Source of the DNA: Candidatus Obscuribacterales bacterium | Lineage (GTDB): Bacteria > Cyanobacteriota > Vampirovibrionia > Obscuribacterales > Obscuribacteraceae | Direction of reading: 5' to 3' | Length of the DNA stretch: 64,000 nucleotides | NCBI GenBank assembly: GCA_965228855.1 | Contig: CBDDIJ010000003.1 | Location: 3,520,001 to 3,584,000, forward strand | Shown here: positions 27,978-37,509 of the stretch, piece by piece | Layout of the letters: each line of letters begins with the position of its first letter | Numbering within the stretch: position 1 is the first letter of the stretch | The notes under the pieces: generated by a model | Databases searched by the model: none | Told to the model about the DNA's origin: nothing | Seen by the model: the letters and a program-made list of their open reading frames with translations, nothing else | Position numbers and translations under genes: made by a program

Positions 27978-28013
27978 AAGAGAACAGACGAAGCTCTGTT
28001 CGTCTGTTCTCTT
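27978..28013 (-). terminator. Perfect 15-bp hairpin, probable terminator for the minus-strand small ORFs
   Basis: AAGAGAACAGACGAA/TTCGTCTGTTCTCTT. Confidence 0.65.
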
Positions 28014-28038
28014 ACTTTCCCTTCTATCGTTTTAAACC

Positions 28039-28338
28039 TTATTCCAGGGGCGACGGCGCCGGCTTATCCTCACCCGGAGCAGGTCGGGGCTCTGGCACCG
28101 GCGGTACCGGGGTCGGATCGGGATCAGGCTTCGGTTGCGGCAGCGGAGCTGGCTCTGGTGGTTGAGGAGTAGGATTCGGTACCGGCGTCGGACTCGGCAC
28201 CGGATTCGGTGCAGGTGCAGGATTCGGCGATGGTACCGGCGGCGGTGTCGGCTTCGGGACCGGATCCGGATTTGGATCCGGCTCAGGTTTCGGCACCGGA
28301 GCTGGCTCTTGTATTGCCGAAACTCCGGTGCCCACCAT
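28039..28338 (-). CDS. Proline-rich (XP)n low-complexity small protein
   Basis: EPAPVPKPEPDPNPDPVPKPTPPP... with varied synonymous codons; start uncertain (ATG 28338 or GTG 28350). Confidence 0.55.
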   Translation of the reverse strand: MVGTGVSAIQEPAPVPKPEPDPNPDPVPKPTPPPVPSPNPAPAPNPVPSPTPVPNPTPQPPEPAPLPQPKPDPDPTPVPPVPEPRPAPGEDKPAPSPLE

Positions 28339-28354
28339 GCTGCTTATCACGTCA

Positions 28355-28531
28355 TTAACCACCGCAGCAGCCGCCCTCTTCTTTGTCATCCTTCTGGTTG
28401 CCTTTTTCCTGGACGTCTTTTTCCTGACGCTCAAGCTTATCCTTGTCGTCGCCCTTTCGGCCCTGGTCCTGTTTCTCTTCAAGACCTTTATCTTTTTTCT
28501 CTTCTAAAGTCTCTTTATCCTTAGTAGCCAT
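28355..28531 (-). CDS. 58-aa highly charged peptide ending in GGCCGG
   Basis: AAGGAG RBS; MATKDKETLEEKKDKGLEEKQDQGRKGDDKDKLERQEKDVQEKGNQKDDKEEGGCCGG. Confidence 0.7.
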   Translation of the reverse strand: MATKDKETLEEKKDKGLEEKQDQGRKGDDKDKLERQEKDVQEKGNQKDDKEEGGCCGG

Positions 28532-28574
28532 AAAACTCACTCCTTTGGATTCATCCATTTAAGTTTTGCCTACG

Positions 28575-28649
28575 GGACCAGCAGACTCCGGCTTTTGTTC
28601 CCTGATTTACCGAAAGAGAGTTGGAACAAATTGGGTAACTCACCCATCC
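28575..28649. promoter_or_regulatory. Back-to-back candidate ECF promoters
   Basis: Minus strand GGAAC(28601)-approx. N18-GTCC toward the GGCCGG peptide; plus strand GGAAC(28623)-N18-ATCC toward the reductase. Confidence 0.55.
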
Positions 28650-28682
28650 CGTAATCACTCTCTTGTTTGCAGAGGAAACTAA

Positions 28683-30110
28683 ATGAGAAAAGCCGCAAAG
28701 TACGACGTGGTGATCCTGGGTTCGGGCTCTACCGCAGCAGCCGCCGCAAAAGTGGCAAGAGAACTGGACAAAACGGTTCTTATTACAGAGGAACGACTGC
28801 TAGGAGGTACTTGCCTGAATTACGGGTGTGTGCCATCTAAGTTTTTGATCGAGGCGGCAAAGGCCTATTACACAATGAAACGACCTCGTTTTTACGGCAT
28901 AGAATGCGTTGAATCCAGGCTGGTTTTCGAAGATCTGATTCAGCAGAAAGGCGAGATTGTGCGTCAATATAGAGAAAAGAAGCGTGACACCATATATGAT
29001 GACGACGGTATGAAGCTAGTTCGCGGTCATGCTGTCTTTGCGGATGAAACCACTATAGAAGTCGATGGAAAGCGCTATAAGGGAGACAAGATACTAATTG
29101 CCACCGGCAGTAGACCCCTGATTCCTGAAATTAAAGGTCTCTCCACGACCGGATACCTTACCAGCGATCTGCTCACAGTTGACGAACCCGGCGAGCTGAG
29201 AACATTACCTGAGTCGTTGATCATCGTAGGTGGTGGCTATATCGCAATTGAACTTGGACAGATGTTCGCCAGATTCGGCACGAAGGTGACGATGATAGAG
29301 CGCAGCGCGCAACTGCTAAGCCACGGTTATGAGCCTGAAGTCGGAGAAATTATACAGCGAGTCTTAGAAGACGAAGGTATAGAACTTATTTTAAACGCCA
29401 CAGTTGAATCGGTGGAAAAATCGAAGACAAGCAATTACAGAATCAACGTGAAGTTCGGAGGCAAAGCTAAGGAGTTTCGCGCAGAACATTTACTTATCGC
29501 CGCTGGTAGGCAGCCAAATGCCGATCACATTCACACAGAACGCGCCGGCGTGAGAATCGCAAAAGATGGATACGTAGAGGTAGATGAACACTTTCGCACT
29601 AGCACTGAAAATATCTATGCTTGTGGTGACGTTATTGGCCCGGAACTCGGCAATCAAATGGCCACGCCAGTTGGCGTCATGGATGCGAAGACGGCAATTC
29701 ATAACGCATTCTCAGAGATTGGTGGACAAACTCCTGACCGCAGAGTGGTACCGAGAGCGATATTTTCAGACCCGGAGATTGCAACCGTCGGACTAACCGC
29801 AGAGAAAGCGAGAGCACGAGGCTATTCGATTCAGATAAGATCTATTCCGCTCACGTGGGTGCCGCGTGCCGTGATGATGCAGCACACGGATGGTCTGGTA
29901 AAAATCATCAGCGACTCTGAAAATGATGAGTTGCTTGGCGCGACAATCGTTGGTCCGTCTGCTGGAGATCTGGCGCAGCAGATAGCTCTCGGCATGCGGT
30001 TGAATGCTCGGCTCTCAGATTTCTCGGATGCTCTGTATGTTTACCCGAGTCTCTCTGAGTCTTTGAAATTCGCCGCCCGAACATCGCCTGACGAGGAGGA
30101 CGCTAGCTAG
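28683..30110 (+). CDS. Class I pyridine nucleotide-disulfide oxidoreductase, MerA-like but lacking the C-terminal Cys-Cys
   Basis: GSGST FAD loop, GGTCLNYGCVPSK disulfide, GGGYIAIE, C-terminus YVYPSLSESLKFAARTSPDEEDAS. Confidence 0.9.
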   Translation: MRKAAKYDVVILGSGSTAAAAAKVARELDKTVLITEERLLGGTCLNYGCVPSKFLIEAAKAYYTMKRPRFYGIECVESRLVFEDLIQQKGEIVRQYREKKRDTIYDDDGMKLVRGHAVFADETTIEVDGKRYKGDKILIATGSRPLIPEIKGLSTTGYLTSDLLTVDEPGELRTLPESLIIVGGGYIAIELGQMFARFGTKVTMIERSAQLLSHGYEPEVGEIIQRVLEDEGIELILNATVESVEKSKTSNYRINVKFGGKAKEFRAEHLLIAAGRQPNADHIHTERAGVRIAKDGYVEVDEHFRTSTENIYACGDVIGPELGNQMATPVGVMDAKTAIHNAFSEIGGQTPDRRVVPRAIFSDPEIATVGLTAEKARARGYSIQIRSIPLTWVPRAVMMQHTDGLVKIISDSENDELLGATIVGPSAGDLAQQIALGMRLNARLSDFSDALYVYPSLSESLKFAARTSPDEEDAS

Positions 30111-30111
30111 A

Positions 30112-30136
30112 AAGAACGGAACCTTGTTCCGTTCTT
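30112..30136. terminator. Hairpin terminator between convergent genes
   Basis: AAGAACGGAAC/GTTCCGTTCTT. Confidence 0.7.
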
Positions 30137-30178
30137 CCCATAATTCGTCAGACTCCAGACGTGATGAGTGAAATTGAC

Positions 30179-30580
30179 CTACATCGAAGTGATCTTCTGG
30201 AGGTTGCCTACTGTTTTTCTAGCTTCGTTTGCACATGCTTGCATCTGTTTATCATCACCAAACTGATCGCAAGATTTAGCAACCTGATTACATGCGTCGA
30301 TCGTCATTGCAGCCGACTTCTTCTGTAGCGCAGAGCCACGCGTAATAAACTTTTCCGTCGCATCGCACGCGGTGATGCAGTCTTTCAAAACATTCGTCAC
30401 GTTTGCTTTTCCGAGTTTCCCCTTCTTGGTGTTCACATAATCGAGAGTCTTTTGACAAACATCCGACGTGTGCTTACAATTGCCTTTCGCAATATCTTCA
30501 GTTGTTTGAGCGAGGGCAGGACTCAGCGAACACGTGTACAACGTAGTCGACGCCGCCATCAGTAATAGGAGCTTTCTCAT
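30179..30580 (-). CDS. Secreted four-helix-bundle protein resembling Csp/DUF326 copper-storage proteins, Cys-reduced
   Basis: GGAGG RBS; signal ending ALA-Q; KDCITAC...TRGS...DACNQVAKSC...QACANEAR spacing. Confidence 0.7.
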   Translation of the reverse strand: MRKLLLLMAASTTLYTCSLSPALAQTTEDIAKGNCKHTSDVCQKTLDYVNTKKGKLGKANVTNVLKDCITACDATEKFITRGSALQKKSAAMTIDACNQVAKSCDQFGDDKQMQACANEARKTVGNLQKITSM

Positions 30581-30775
30581 TATCATTAACCTCCACGAAG
30601 CACCCCAGGTGTCTTCTATCGAATACTTTAAAGTTTCCAATTACGTGACTGGGATTCGCTCGAAAAGATTCCAATCGGTTGCAAGTTTTATCAACTTTTT
30701 TCGAGTCGCGATTTTTCGGCGTTTAAGTGCCTATGACTAGGCATTAATGCGCCAACGGTTTGCTAAAAACTTTCG

Positions 30776-31501
30776 CTAATCAAGCCACTCGGTCAAATAA
30801 TCTCGTATGCAGTCAGCCCAGATTTTATAGCCTTTAGCAGAGAGGTGCAAAAGGTCGGGCATGACCTCCAGAGGTACATCTCCCGCTTTATCGACGAACG
30901 AATTTCCGATGTCTAAAAACTTAATGTCTTTCCCGTTATCGAGCTTTGCAGTAATCTCGTTGACCTTATCTATTGAGCTGCGCACCCGATCCTTTGCGTA
31001 ACCGCGAGGGAGAATACCGAGCACCAAAATCTTCGTCGAGGGCAAACGTTTCTTGATCGTCTTCACGATCTGCCCAATATTGTTCGCAATTTTCTCAGGT
31101 GGGTCTCCATGAGACAAATCGTTTGTGCCAATCATGAGGACAGTTATCTTCGGGCTGATACCTATGAGTTCTTCGTTCAATCGAGCGAGCACACCATATG
31201 TAGTATCACCTGAAATTCCGAAATTACCTGCATTCCATTTTGCGAATTCAGAGTCCCAAACCGATTTACCGTCGCTTAACCAGTATTCAGTGATGGAATC
31301 ACCGATGAACAGCAGGTCGATGTTACCCTCCTTCGCGGCTTTTACGAACCGCTCATGTTTCTTATTGTAATTGTCTACAGCGCGCTGCGCATGTTGAGGT
31401 TCAGAACCGTTTTCGGCTCTCGTTGAACAGGAAGACAGGAAAAATCCAATCGCGCAGATAGAAGAGACGATAAAGGCAGTTTTGAATTTCAGTATTTGCA
31501 T
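30776..31501 (-). CDS. SGNH/GDSL hydrolase (PAF-acetylhydrolase-like), probable lipoprotein
   Basis: GDSIT, GISGD, IGTND and DLLH blocks; LSSC lipobox. Confidence 0.92.
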   Translation of the reverse strand: MQILKFKTAFIVSSICAIGFFLSSCSTRAENGSEPQHAQRAVDNYNKKHERFVKAAKEGNIDLLFIGDSITEYWLSDGKSVWDSEFAKWNAGNFGISGDTTYGVLARLNEELIGISPKITVLMIGTNDLSHGDPPEKIANNIGQIVKTIKKRLPSTKILVLGILPRGYAKDRVRSSIDKVNEITAKLDNGKDIKFLDIGNSFVDKAGDVPLEVMPDLLHLSAKGYKIWADCIRDYLTEWLD

Positions 31502-31637
31502 TTACTTCAGAAGCGGTCAGGGCGAGCAGGCATTATAGCGATAATGATAAGCGAGATCTAGAAAGGTGTTGTATATTGATCGAATTCGGAATCCGCTTAA
31601 ATTCCCAGCCCTGAACTGCTCAACTCGAGAAAAACAT

Positions 31638-32357
31638 ATGCGAAAAACGGTCGTCTTTCTTCTGTCCTGTTTCTCAATAGCAATTATTGCATCGTCGCCT
31701 GCTGTCGCCTCCGATCTGCAAGATGGGGCAAAACTTTACGCAGAAGGCAATTACTCGAAGGCGCTTCCCTTTCTACAAAGGGCTGCCCAACTTTCTCCGA
31801 TGTCATGGCAAACGCACTATTATCTGGCGAACACAAATTTAGCGCTAGGGCGTATGGGGACCGCAAAATACGAATATGAACTATGCCTGAAAATCTGTAA
31901 TAAGCCCGATATCATAGCGCGATGCAGAGAGGGACTTGCCCGCGCTGAGAAGCACTCGTCGCAAACACGGACAGCGACCAACTCGTCATCCGCTCCTGCA
32001 GCAAATTCAGGCAGATCATCTTCCACTGTCGATGATGAAGAGGACGAGGATGAGGATGAGAACAACGAGAAAGCCACACCGAAACCGGCCCTGACGGATG
32101 CCCAACGAGTTATCAATCACAAGAAAGAGGAAATAATGCGCACCGCTAAAAACGATTGCGCGCGAATCAAGAAGGCCGCAACCGAGCAAATTGAAGAAGA
32201 AAGGGCAAATGCCAATCAGTACTGGCGGGATGAGGACGGAAAAGTATTCACGTCCATTAGTCCCGAACGGGAAGCTGAAATTCACCGAGAAGCTGAGGCA
32301 AAGTGTAGGAAAGTCATGGAAGACGCGCAACGCAGGCTGGGCTCGTTAGGCAACTAG
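31638..32357 (+). CDS. Secreted TPR protein with acidic linker
   Basis: Signal ending AVA-S; TPR helices (THYYLANTNLALG); DDEEDEDEDE linker. Confidence 0.85.
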   Translation: MRKTVVFLLSCFSIAIIASSPAVASDLQDGAKLYAEGNYSKALPFLQRAAQLSPMSWQTHYYLANTNLALGRMGTAKYEYELCLKICNKPDIIARCREGLARAEKHSSQTRTATNSSSAPAANSGRSSSTVDDEEDEDEDENNEKATPKPALTDAQRVINHKKEEIMRTAKNDCARIKKAATEQIEEERANANQYWRDEDGKVFTSISPEREAEIHREAEAKCRKVMEDAQRRLGSLGN

Positions 32358-32375
32358 CGCATAACTCTCGAATCG

Positions 32376-33320
32376 TTAAAACGTTGCGACGGGCTCAGTT
32401 TCATTGCTCGATTCGGACACAGGCTCGTTCATCAGCTGAGAGCGCTTTTTGGCGTCCTCGTCGGAAGGTCCGTCAGCCGGCTCCGTCTCAACTGGATCGA
32501 CGGCTGGATCTTCATCAGTTAGTGACGCAGGTATTGAGGGACTCAGTCCTTTATAGCGACGATTCAGGGAATCACGCGCCACTTCGAATGCGTGTGGACG
32601 CACGGAGACGTCTCCACAAAAAGGCTCATCGTAAGTAGCCAGCAAAAAGACGTTTAAAAACAATACGAGATTGACGAGCGCGGTAGTGAATGACTGCATC
32701 ACAACATTCTCGATACCGAAGAAAAGAACAAGAATTCCAGTTGCGAATGCCCCAATTAGAACAACTCCCCAAAGAACATGAGGGACGGAATAGCTCATTT
32801 GCGTGGCGCGAATTCGGCGACAATCTCCAAGGCTAGCCATGCTCGACAGCATCGTCGTGTGAATGTTGTTTTCCCGGTTTGTCTGAGGTTCATAACTCAA
32901 TACATCGGTCCAGATTTGACCATAGTGTTTCCACACCTCATAAGACATCTTGCGCTCTGCCATTTTCGGCCATTCATCTTCGATGACACCGTTGACGTAC
33001 TTGGAGCAGTCGCTCCGAATAATCAGCCCAGCTTTCTCAGGCAGACCGCGCGATAGCCGGTAGATGTCACTGATAGCACCAGCTTCGCGCTCAACATTTA
33101 GTCGAGCCTCCTCGAAGCGCGTCATCGCATTTGCCACCATGAAACCAAGCAAAATTGCAAACAATGTACCTACGCAAGCGAGCAACGGATCCGACACTTC
33201 ATGATGGTCACGCAAAAACCTCATGCCGATCATCTTACGAACTATCAGCATCGAAACGACGGACAATAGCATTGATGCGATGCCGAGCAAAATAGAGTGA
33301 CTCGTAATGAATTGTCCCAT
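32376..33320 (-). CDS. DUF4239/bestrophin-like membrane protein
   Basis: VGTLFAILLGFMV, YVNGVIEDEWPKM, YDEPFCGDVSV motifs; GGAG RBS. Confidence 0.82.
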   Translation of the reverse strand: MGQFITSHSILLGIASMLLSVVSMLIVRKMIGMRFLRDHHEVSDPLLACVGTLFAILLGFMVANAMTRFEEARLNVEREAGAISDIYRLSRGLPEKAGLIIRSDCSKYVNGVIEDEWPKMAERKMSYEVWKHYGQIWTDVLSYEPQTNRENNIHTTMLSSMASLGDCRRIRATQMSYSVPHVLWGVVLIGAFATGILVLFFGIENVVMQSFTTALVNLVLFLNVFLLATYDEPFCGDVSVRPHAFEVARDSLNRRYKGLSPSIPASLTDEDPAVDPVETEPADGPSDEDAKKRSQLMNEPVSESSNETEPVATF

Positions 33321-33347
33321 CGCCGTCTCCCAAAGTCGGACCTTAAT

Positions 33348-33373
33348 GGATTTTACACCGTAACGGCGGTTCC
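33348..33373 (-). promoter_or_regulatory. Candidate ECF-sigma promoter GGAAC-N17-ATCC
   Basis: Ends 27 nt upstream of ATG 33320. Confidence 0.5.
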
Positions 33374-33447
33374 TGATAGTACAAGGACGGTAGGATCCGA
33401 AATGGCACAGAGAAAAGCGTCTGTGGAAGTGGGCTGCAAAGGCAGAA

Positions 33448-33473
33448 GAGGCGATGTCTGAAGACATCGCCTC
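33448..33473 (-). terminator. Hairpin terminator after the large TPR gene
   Basis: GAGGCGATGTCT/AGACATCGCCTC. Confidence 0.7.
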
Positions 33474-33527
33474 CCTGGGGTCTTCGTAAGTGAATACGAA
33501 CCTTAACAGCTAGAACTTGTCCTTCAA

Positions 33528-35516
33528 CTACTGAGCTGAGGCAATGTTGACACGCTTGTCGAGCTTCAAGGCTCTAGTCTCAATCTTCTCAATGCGCTTA
33601 TTGATTTTCCTGGCGGCTTTCTCCGGCAACTCCGGTGATAGAGCAAGATAAGCACGATATTGAGTTGCGGCGTCGCGAAGACCTTCCGGCGATTTCGACG
33701 AAAGTTTTTCTTCTGATTGAGCAAGCCCCCAACGGGCTTGAGCTAAGCGCGGATTACCCGAGGTAGCAAGCCGGAAAGTGTCAACCGCCGAAGCGAGCTG
33801 ATTCCTCTTCGCGAGATCTTGACCCAGGTTAAGCTGTCTCGTCACTTCCTTACGTGCTTTCAAAACGCCGGTCATTCCGCGGCGAGCACGGTCTTGCTGA
33901 CCGAGTTCCGATGCTTTTTTGTAGGCACGTGAAGCAGTATCCAGATCCTTGATCATCAAGGCGAGATCGCCGACAGCAGCTACTTGAACAGGATCCTGGG
34001 TATTTTGTATAACCTTGTCCATCTCTTGTTGCGATTCAGCGAATTTGTTTTGAGCCAGAAGCGCTTCTGCATAGGCAATTCGTTCTGCATCATTGGTCGG
34101 TGTTCCAATCGATGCGAGATCGACGTCTTCCCCGGACAACGCTCTCAGTTTGGCTGACGCCAGTCTCAACCTCAAGTTGTTGGGATTGAGTTTGATTGCT
34201 TTCTCCAGTGAAATTTTCGCGCTTTCATATTCGTTGGAAGCGAGGAATGAACCTGATGTTTCCTTCGTCGCTTTGACGTAGAACGCACGGCTCAAACCGT
34301 CGACCAGAGCCGGGTCTTGGGGACGCAAAGTCAATGCTCGTTCAAAGGCTTTGATGGCGTCATCGGTTTTATCAACCTTCAAAGAGGCTTCACCGATGCG
34401 CTGTTGCAGTTCTGGTGATTCTCTATTGATTTCAGCGCCGCTTCGCAATTCAGCAATTGCAAGTTCCATATCACCACGATTTTCGCGGAGCGCAGCCATG
34501 TGCATGTATGGTTCGGGATGATGCGGATCGATCAAGCTAGCCTGGCGGTACTCCTTGAGAGCGCCAACAGTATTATTCTGAGATTCGTACTGCTGACCAA
34601 GTGCAAGGTGCAAATTGACCATTTTCTCGTACGCTTCCTTCATCTCAGGCTTTATAAGAGCCGCGCGCTCGTAGTTCTTCAACGCGGCGTCCGCGTTACC
34701 TTGAGCTTCATACGCCTTCCCGAGAGAGATGTGAACTGGTGCGCTATTGCGGTTGAGATAAAGTGCTGTGTTTAGCTCCTTCAGTGCCGCGTCAATCGAG
34801 CCTTGTTGAACCAAACTTTCACCCAACGCATAGTGCGCAGTCGAGTTTGCGGTGTTATTTTCAATTGCGCGTCGAGCGTTATTGGCGGCTTCGACAGGGC
34901 GATTCTTGAGTAGATCGATCATCGCGATTTGCGAGTACGCATCCGAATAAGTCGGATCTAGATTGATCGCTTCTTTGAACTTCTCGTACGCTTCGCCAAG
35001 TTTGTCTTGTTCCTTATAAGCACAACCGAGCGCGTAATGTGCTTGAGGGAACGCGGGATCGGCATCAATAGCTGCTCTTGCTTCGGTCTCGGCTGTAGAC
35101 AGAAGCTCTGATTTCTTGTCGATCAAAGTTTTAGAAGATGATTGAATACGGTTCAATGCGACAAACGCTTTTCCAGTGTGCGCGATTGCGTTATCAGGTT
35201 GTTTATCGAGAACTCTATCGAATTGCTCATCGGCACCATCGAGTTTGTACTGCATGACGAGAGACATTCCGAGTCCAGCAGTCGCATCAAGGTTGCGCGG
35301 ATGGCGCTTCATCTCTTTGCGGAAAGCATCAGCAGCTTCATCATATTTCCTTTGAAGCCAGAGGTTCTCACCTTTTTCTACCTGATAAGCAACTCTTCCT
35401 TTGAAGAGTTTTCCTCTTGTATAACCGGCTTCCGTCGCTGCCCCAGCATTTTGCGCCCCGGCAACTCCTATGAGGAGACTGGTACCGAGAATGGTGGATA
35501 GGACTACTTTCTTCAT
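33528..35516 (-). CDS. Secreted multi-TPR protein
   Basis: AAGGAG RBS; signal ending AGA-A; many TPR units (AHYALG, VHISLGKAYE). Confidence 0.92.
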   Translation of the reverse strand: MKKVVLSTILGTSLLIGVAGAQNAGAATEAGYTRGKLFKGRVAYQVEKGENLWLQRKYDEAADAFRKEMKRHPRNLDATAGLGMSLVMQYKLDGADEQFDRVLDKQPDNAIAHTGKAFVALNRIQSSSKTLIDKKSELLSTAETEARAAIDADPAFPQAHYALGCAYKEQDKLGEAYEKFKEAINLDPTYSDAYSQIAMIDLLKNRPVEAANNARRAIENNTANSTAHYALGESLVQQGSIDAALKELNTALYLNRNSAPVHISLGKAYEAQGNADAALKNYERAALIKPEMKEAYEKMVNLHLALGQQYESQNNTVGALKEYRQASLIDPHHPEPYMHMAALRENRGDMELAIAELRSGAEINRESPELQQRIGEASLKVDKTDDAIKAFERALTLRPQDPALVDGLSRAFYVKATKETSGSFLASNEYESAKISLEKAIKLNPNNLRLRLASAKLRALSGEDVDLASIGTPTNDAERIAYAEALLAQNKFAESQQEMDKVIQNTQDPVQVAAVGDLALMIKDLDTASRAYKKASELGQQDRARRGMTGVLKARKEVTRQLNLGQDLAKRNQLASAVDTFRLATSGNPRLAQARWGLAQSEEKLSSKSPEGLRDAATQYRAYLALSPELPEKAARKINKRIEKIETRALKLDKRVNIASAQ

Positions 35517-36234
35517 CGTTAACTCCTTAATTGGGTTTCTGCAAAGAGCACGCGCTCGTCGCAGATTTAAGTAGTGAGAGAAAAAGCTTGAACTGAAGCA
35601 AGTGATCTTCAAGGTCCAGATGAAGTGCCCGCAAACGGTACTTTTTCTCCTGACTGTCAATCAGCTGGGATGACATAGCGTCGGGTCATCGAATCCATGC
35701 CGAACAATCAGTAACGCGGTTTACTATACCGAAAGGTTCATCACAACAGCCCTCTCGAAGTCGTCAGGTGAAGAGGCAATTTGTAAAATCCAGTTTAGAA
35801 GACACGCAAAGCTGCAAAGAGAAATGCCTTTATGAATTCAAATTCAGAATGGTATCACCAACGATTACGGCGCGGATAACGCAGATGTGGAGCCTCTTTC
35901 AGAATCTTATCGGCATAACATCAATCGTTATCGGCAGGTGAAAAAGTTTCCTTTTCGTGCAAAAAATTCTGATCATTAGAAACTGATATCAGTCGCCGAA
36001 ATGATACAAGTCCTTCAGTCAAATTTCACCGAGCTCCGGAACTCAGCATCCTAGCTGAGCAATGATTAGTTCAACAAATTACCGGCATCATGATTTTGGC
36101 ACGGCAACCAGAGCTATCACCACCTGCGGTATCACCGATGCCATAGCCAAAGCTGATATAACTGTTTCATCCCAAACATCACCGTTGGTTGAACTATAAA
36201 ATTAGCAGTCCTGGGCTGAATGAGAGTGAGCTGA

Positions 36235-37146
36235 TTAGCTGGACTTTCGGGCAAGCACAACAGAAAAAGGCGCCGCCGTTCCGAGTCCTTTTAAAACGAC
36301 TCGAGACAGATCCTGTTGCGTGATCTTGGCACCTTCCAATTCAACCAGAACACTGCCGGCTATCTCAGTCAAGCTATCGCCCGATTGAACGAGTGATACC
36401 AACGCCGACTGAAGTGGAGGCAAACTTGGATTGTAAGCGACACTCTCGATGTACGAGCCCGAGTGAATACGACCGTTAGTCATAAGTATCGAAAAGCCGG
36501 AAGGCGAATTAGAATACGGTGCGTAGCTTTTGGCTGCTGCATTGAGCGCCGACTGTTTCAGCTTAGAACTTGAGGAATCGGAGTCGACGAAGCTCAGACC
36601 GGCTTGCGCTGGAGGCAAGGCACCATGCTTGTTGCCGAGGTGCGCGGGACCGAAATGTTCCGGAAGAAATTCGCCCAGTGTCATTTCAGCCGTATCCTTA
36701 ATAATAATCTTCAAGCTCACGTCAAGCGAAAACTCAGTCATGAACTGCCGGCAGTGTCCACAAGGAGCGGCGTTTACAGCGACTAACTTCACTTCCGTTT
36801 CGTCATGCGCAAAAGCATTGGCGAAGCCCGATTGCTCAGCGTGTATAGAGCAACCCAATCCCTGACCGGGAACTTCGAAGTTGCTTCCGAAGTAAACACA
36901 ACCACTCGCTCCGAGCAGCACGGCTCCTACGTAGTAGTGGCTTATCGGAACTACCGCTCGTGCGGCGGCCCGAGGGAGAAGACCGACGAGCAGATCTTCG
37001 ATCGGCTTGCCCTCAAGTTCGAGCATTGATTGTACTAGCGCGCTATCCAACATCCCTGAAAAGTTCGGCTGTTTTTCGTGCTCGCCAAGCAGTTTGAGAA
37101 CTGGATCTGTGAGCGCGTATTTTTTCGAACTCTTGATGTCTGCCAT
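36235..37146 (-). CDS. cdd: Cytidine deaminase, two-domain (homodimeric E. coli type)
   Basis: HAEQ and PCGHCRQF zinc motifs; second domain SYAPYS...PSG...YNPSLPPLQ. Confidence 0.93.
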   Translation of the reverse strand: MADIKSSKKYALTDPVLKLLGEHEKQPNFSGMLDSALVQSMLELEGKPIEDLLVGLLPRAAARAVVPISHYYVGAVLLGASGCVYFGSNFEVPGQGLGCSIHAEQSGFANAFAHDETEVKLVAVNAAPCGHCRQFMTEFSLDVSLKIIIKDTAEMTLGEFLPEHFGPAHLGNKHGALPPAQAGLSFVDSDSSSSKLKQSALNAAAKSYAPYSNSPSGFSILMTNGRIHSGSYIESVAYNPSLPPLQSALVSLVQSGDSLTEIAGSVLVELEGAKITQQDLSRVVLKGLGTAAPFSVVLARKSS

Positions 37147-37509
37147 TCCAAAATCCCGCCCAGCGCTAAAGAATATACAACGCATACATTATAAAACATC
37201 AAGAATTGGTATCGATCGGCAAATTAGAAAGCCGCATCACGCGCGCCACTCGTAGTTTTTGAAACTTTTCGTCTGATTGTGCATCGATTTCAGCATCCAT
37301 CTCCGACCAAAGGCCTGCGTGCTATCCCGGTGCTTGTGAGCAAGTGGGCATGCGGTTTCCAAGCGGACCTCCCTTAGAATTATCTTCTGAGATATCACGC
37401 TAAAAATGGAAACTTGCCGGTAGAACCGTCTGTCTAACAGAGCACTGATGGCTCAATCGCCTGTCACCAAATGTGGTGGCAAAGAAAACAAGCCGAAGGG
37501 GGCAAGATA

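Noticed and set aside
28339..28482. Basic N-terminal extension (MKRNRTRAER...) of the Pro-rich ORF
   Set aside because: Alternate frame of the better supported GGCCGG peptide gene; TTG start without an obvious RBS
28683..30110. Calling the gene merA or lpdA outright
   Set aside because: No C-terminal Cys pair, no NmerA domain and no mer operon; the catalytic His of LpdA is replaced by Tyr; readthrough of the TAG does not restore a Cys pair
35770..35830. c-di-GMP-I riboswitch (ACGCAAAGC-like stretch)
   Set aside because: Lacks the GGCAAAC/GAAA P2 hairpin and the P3 elements
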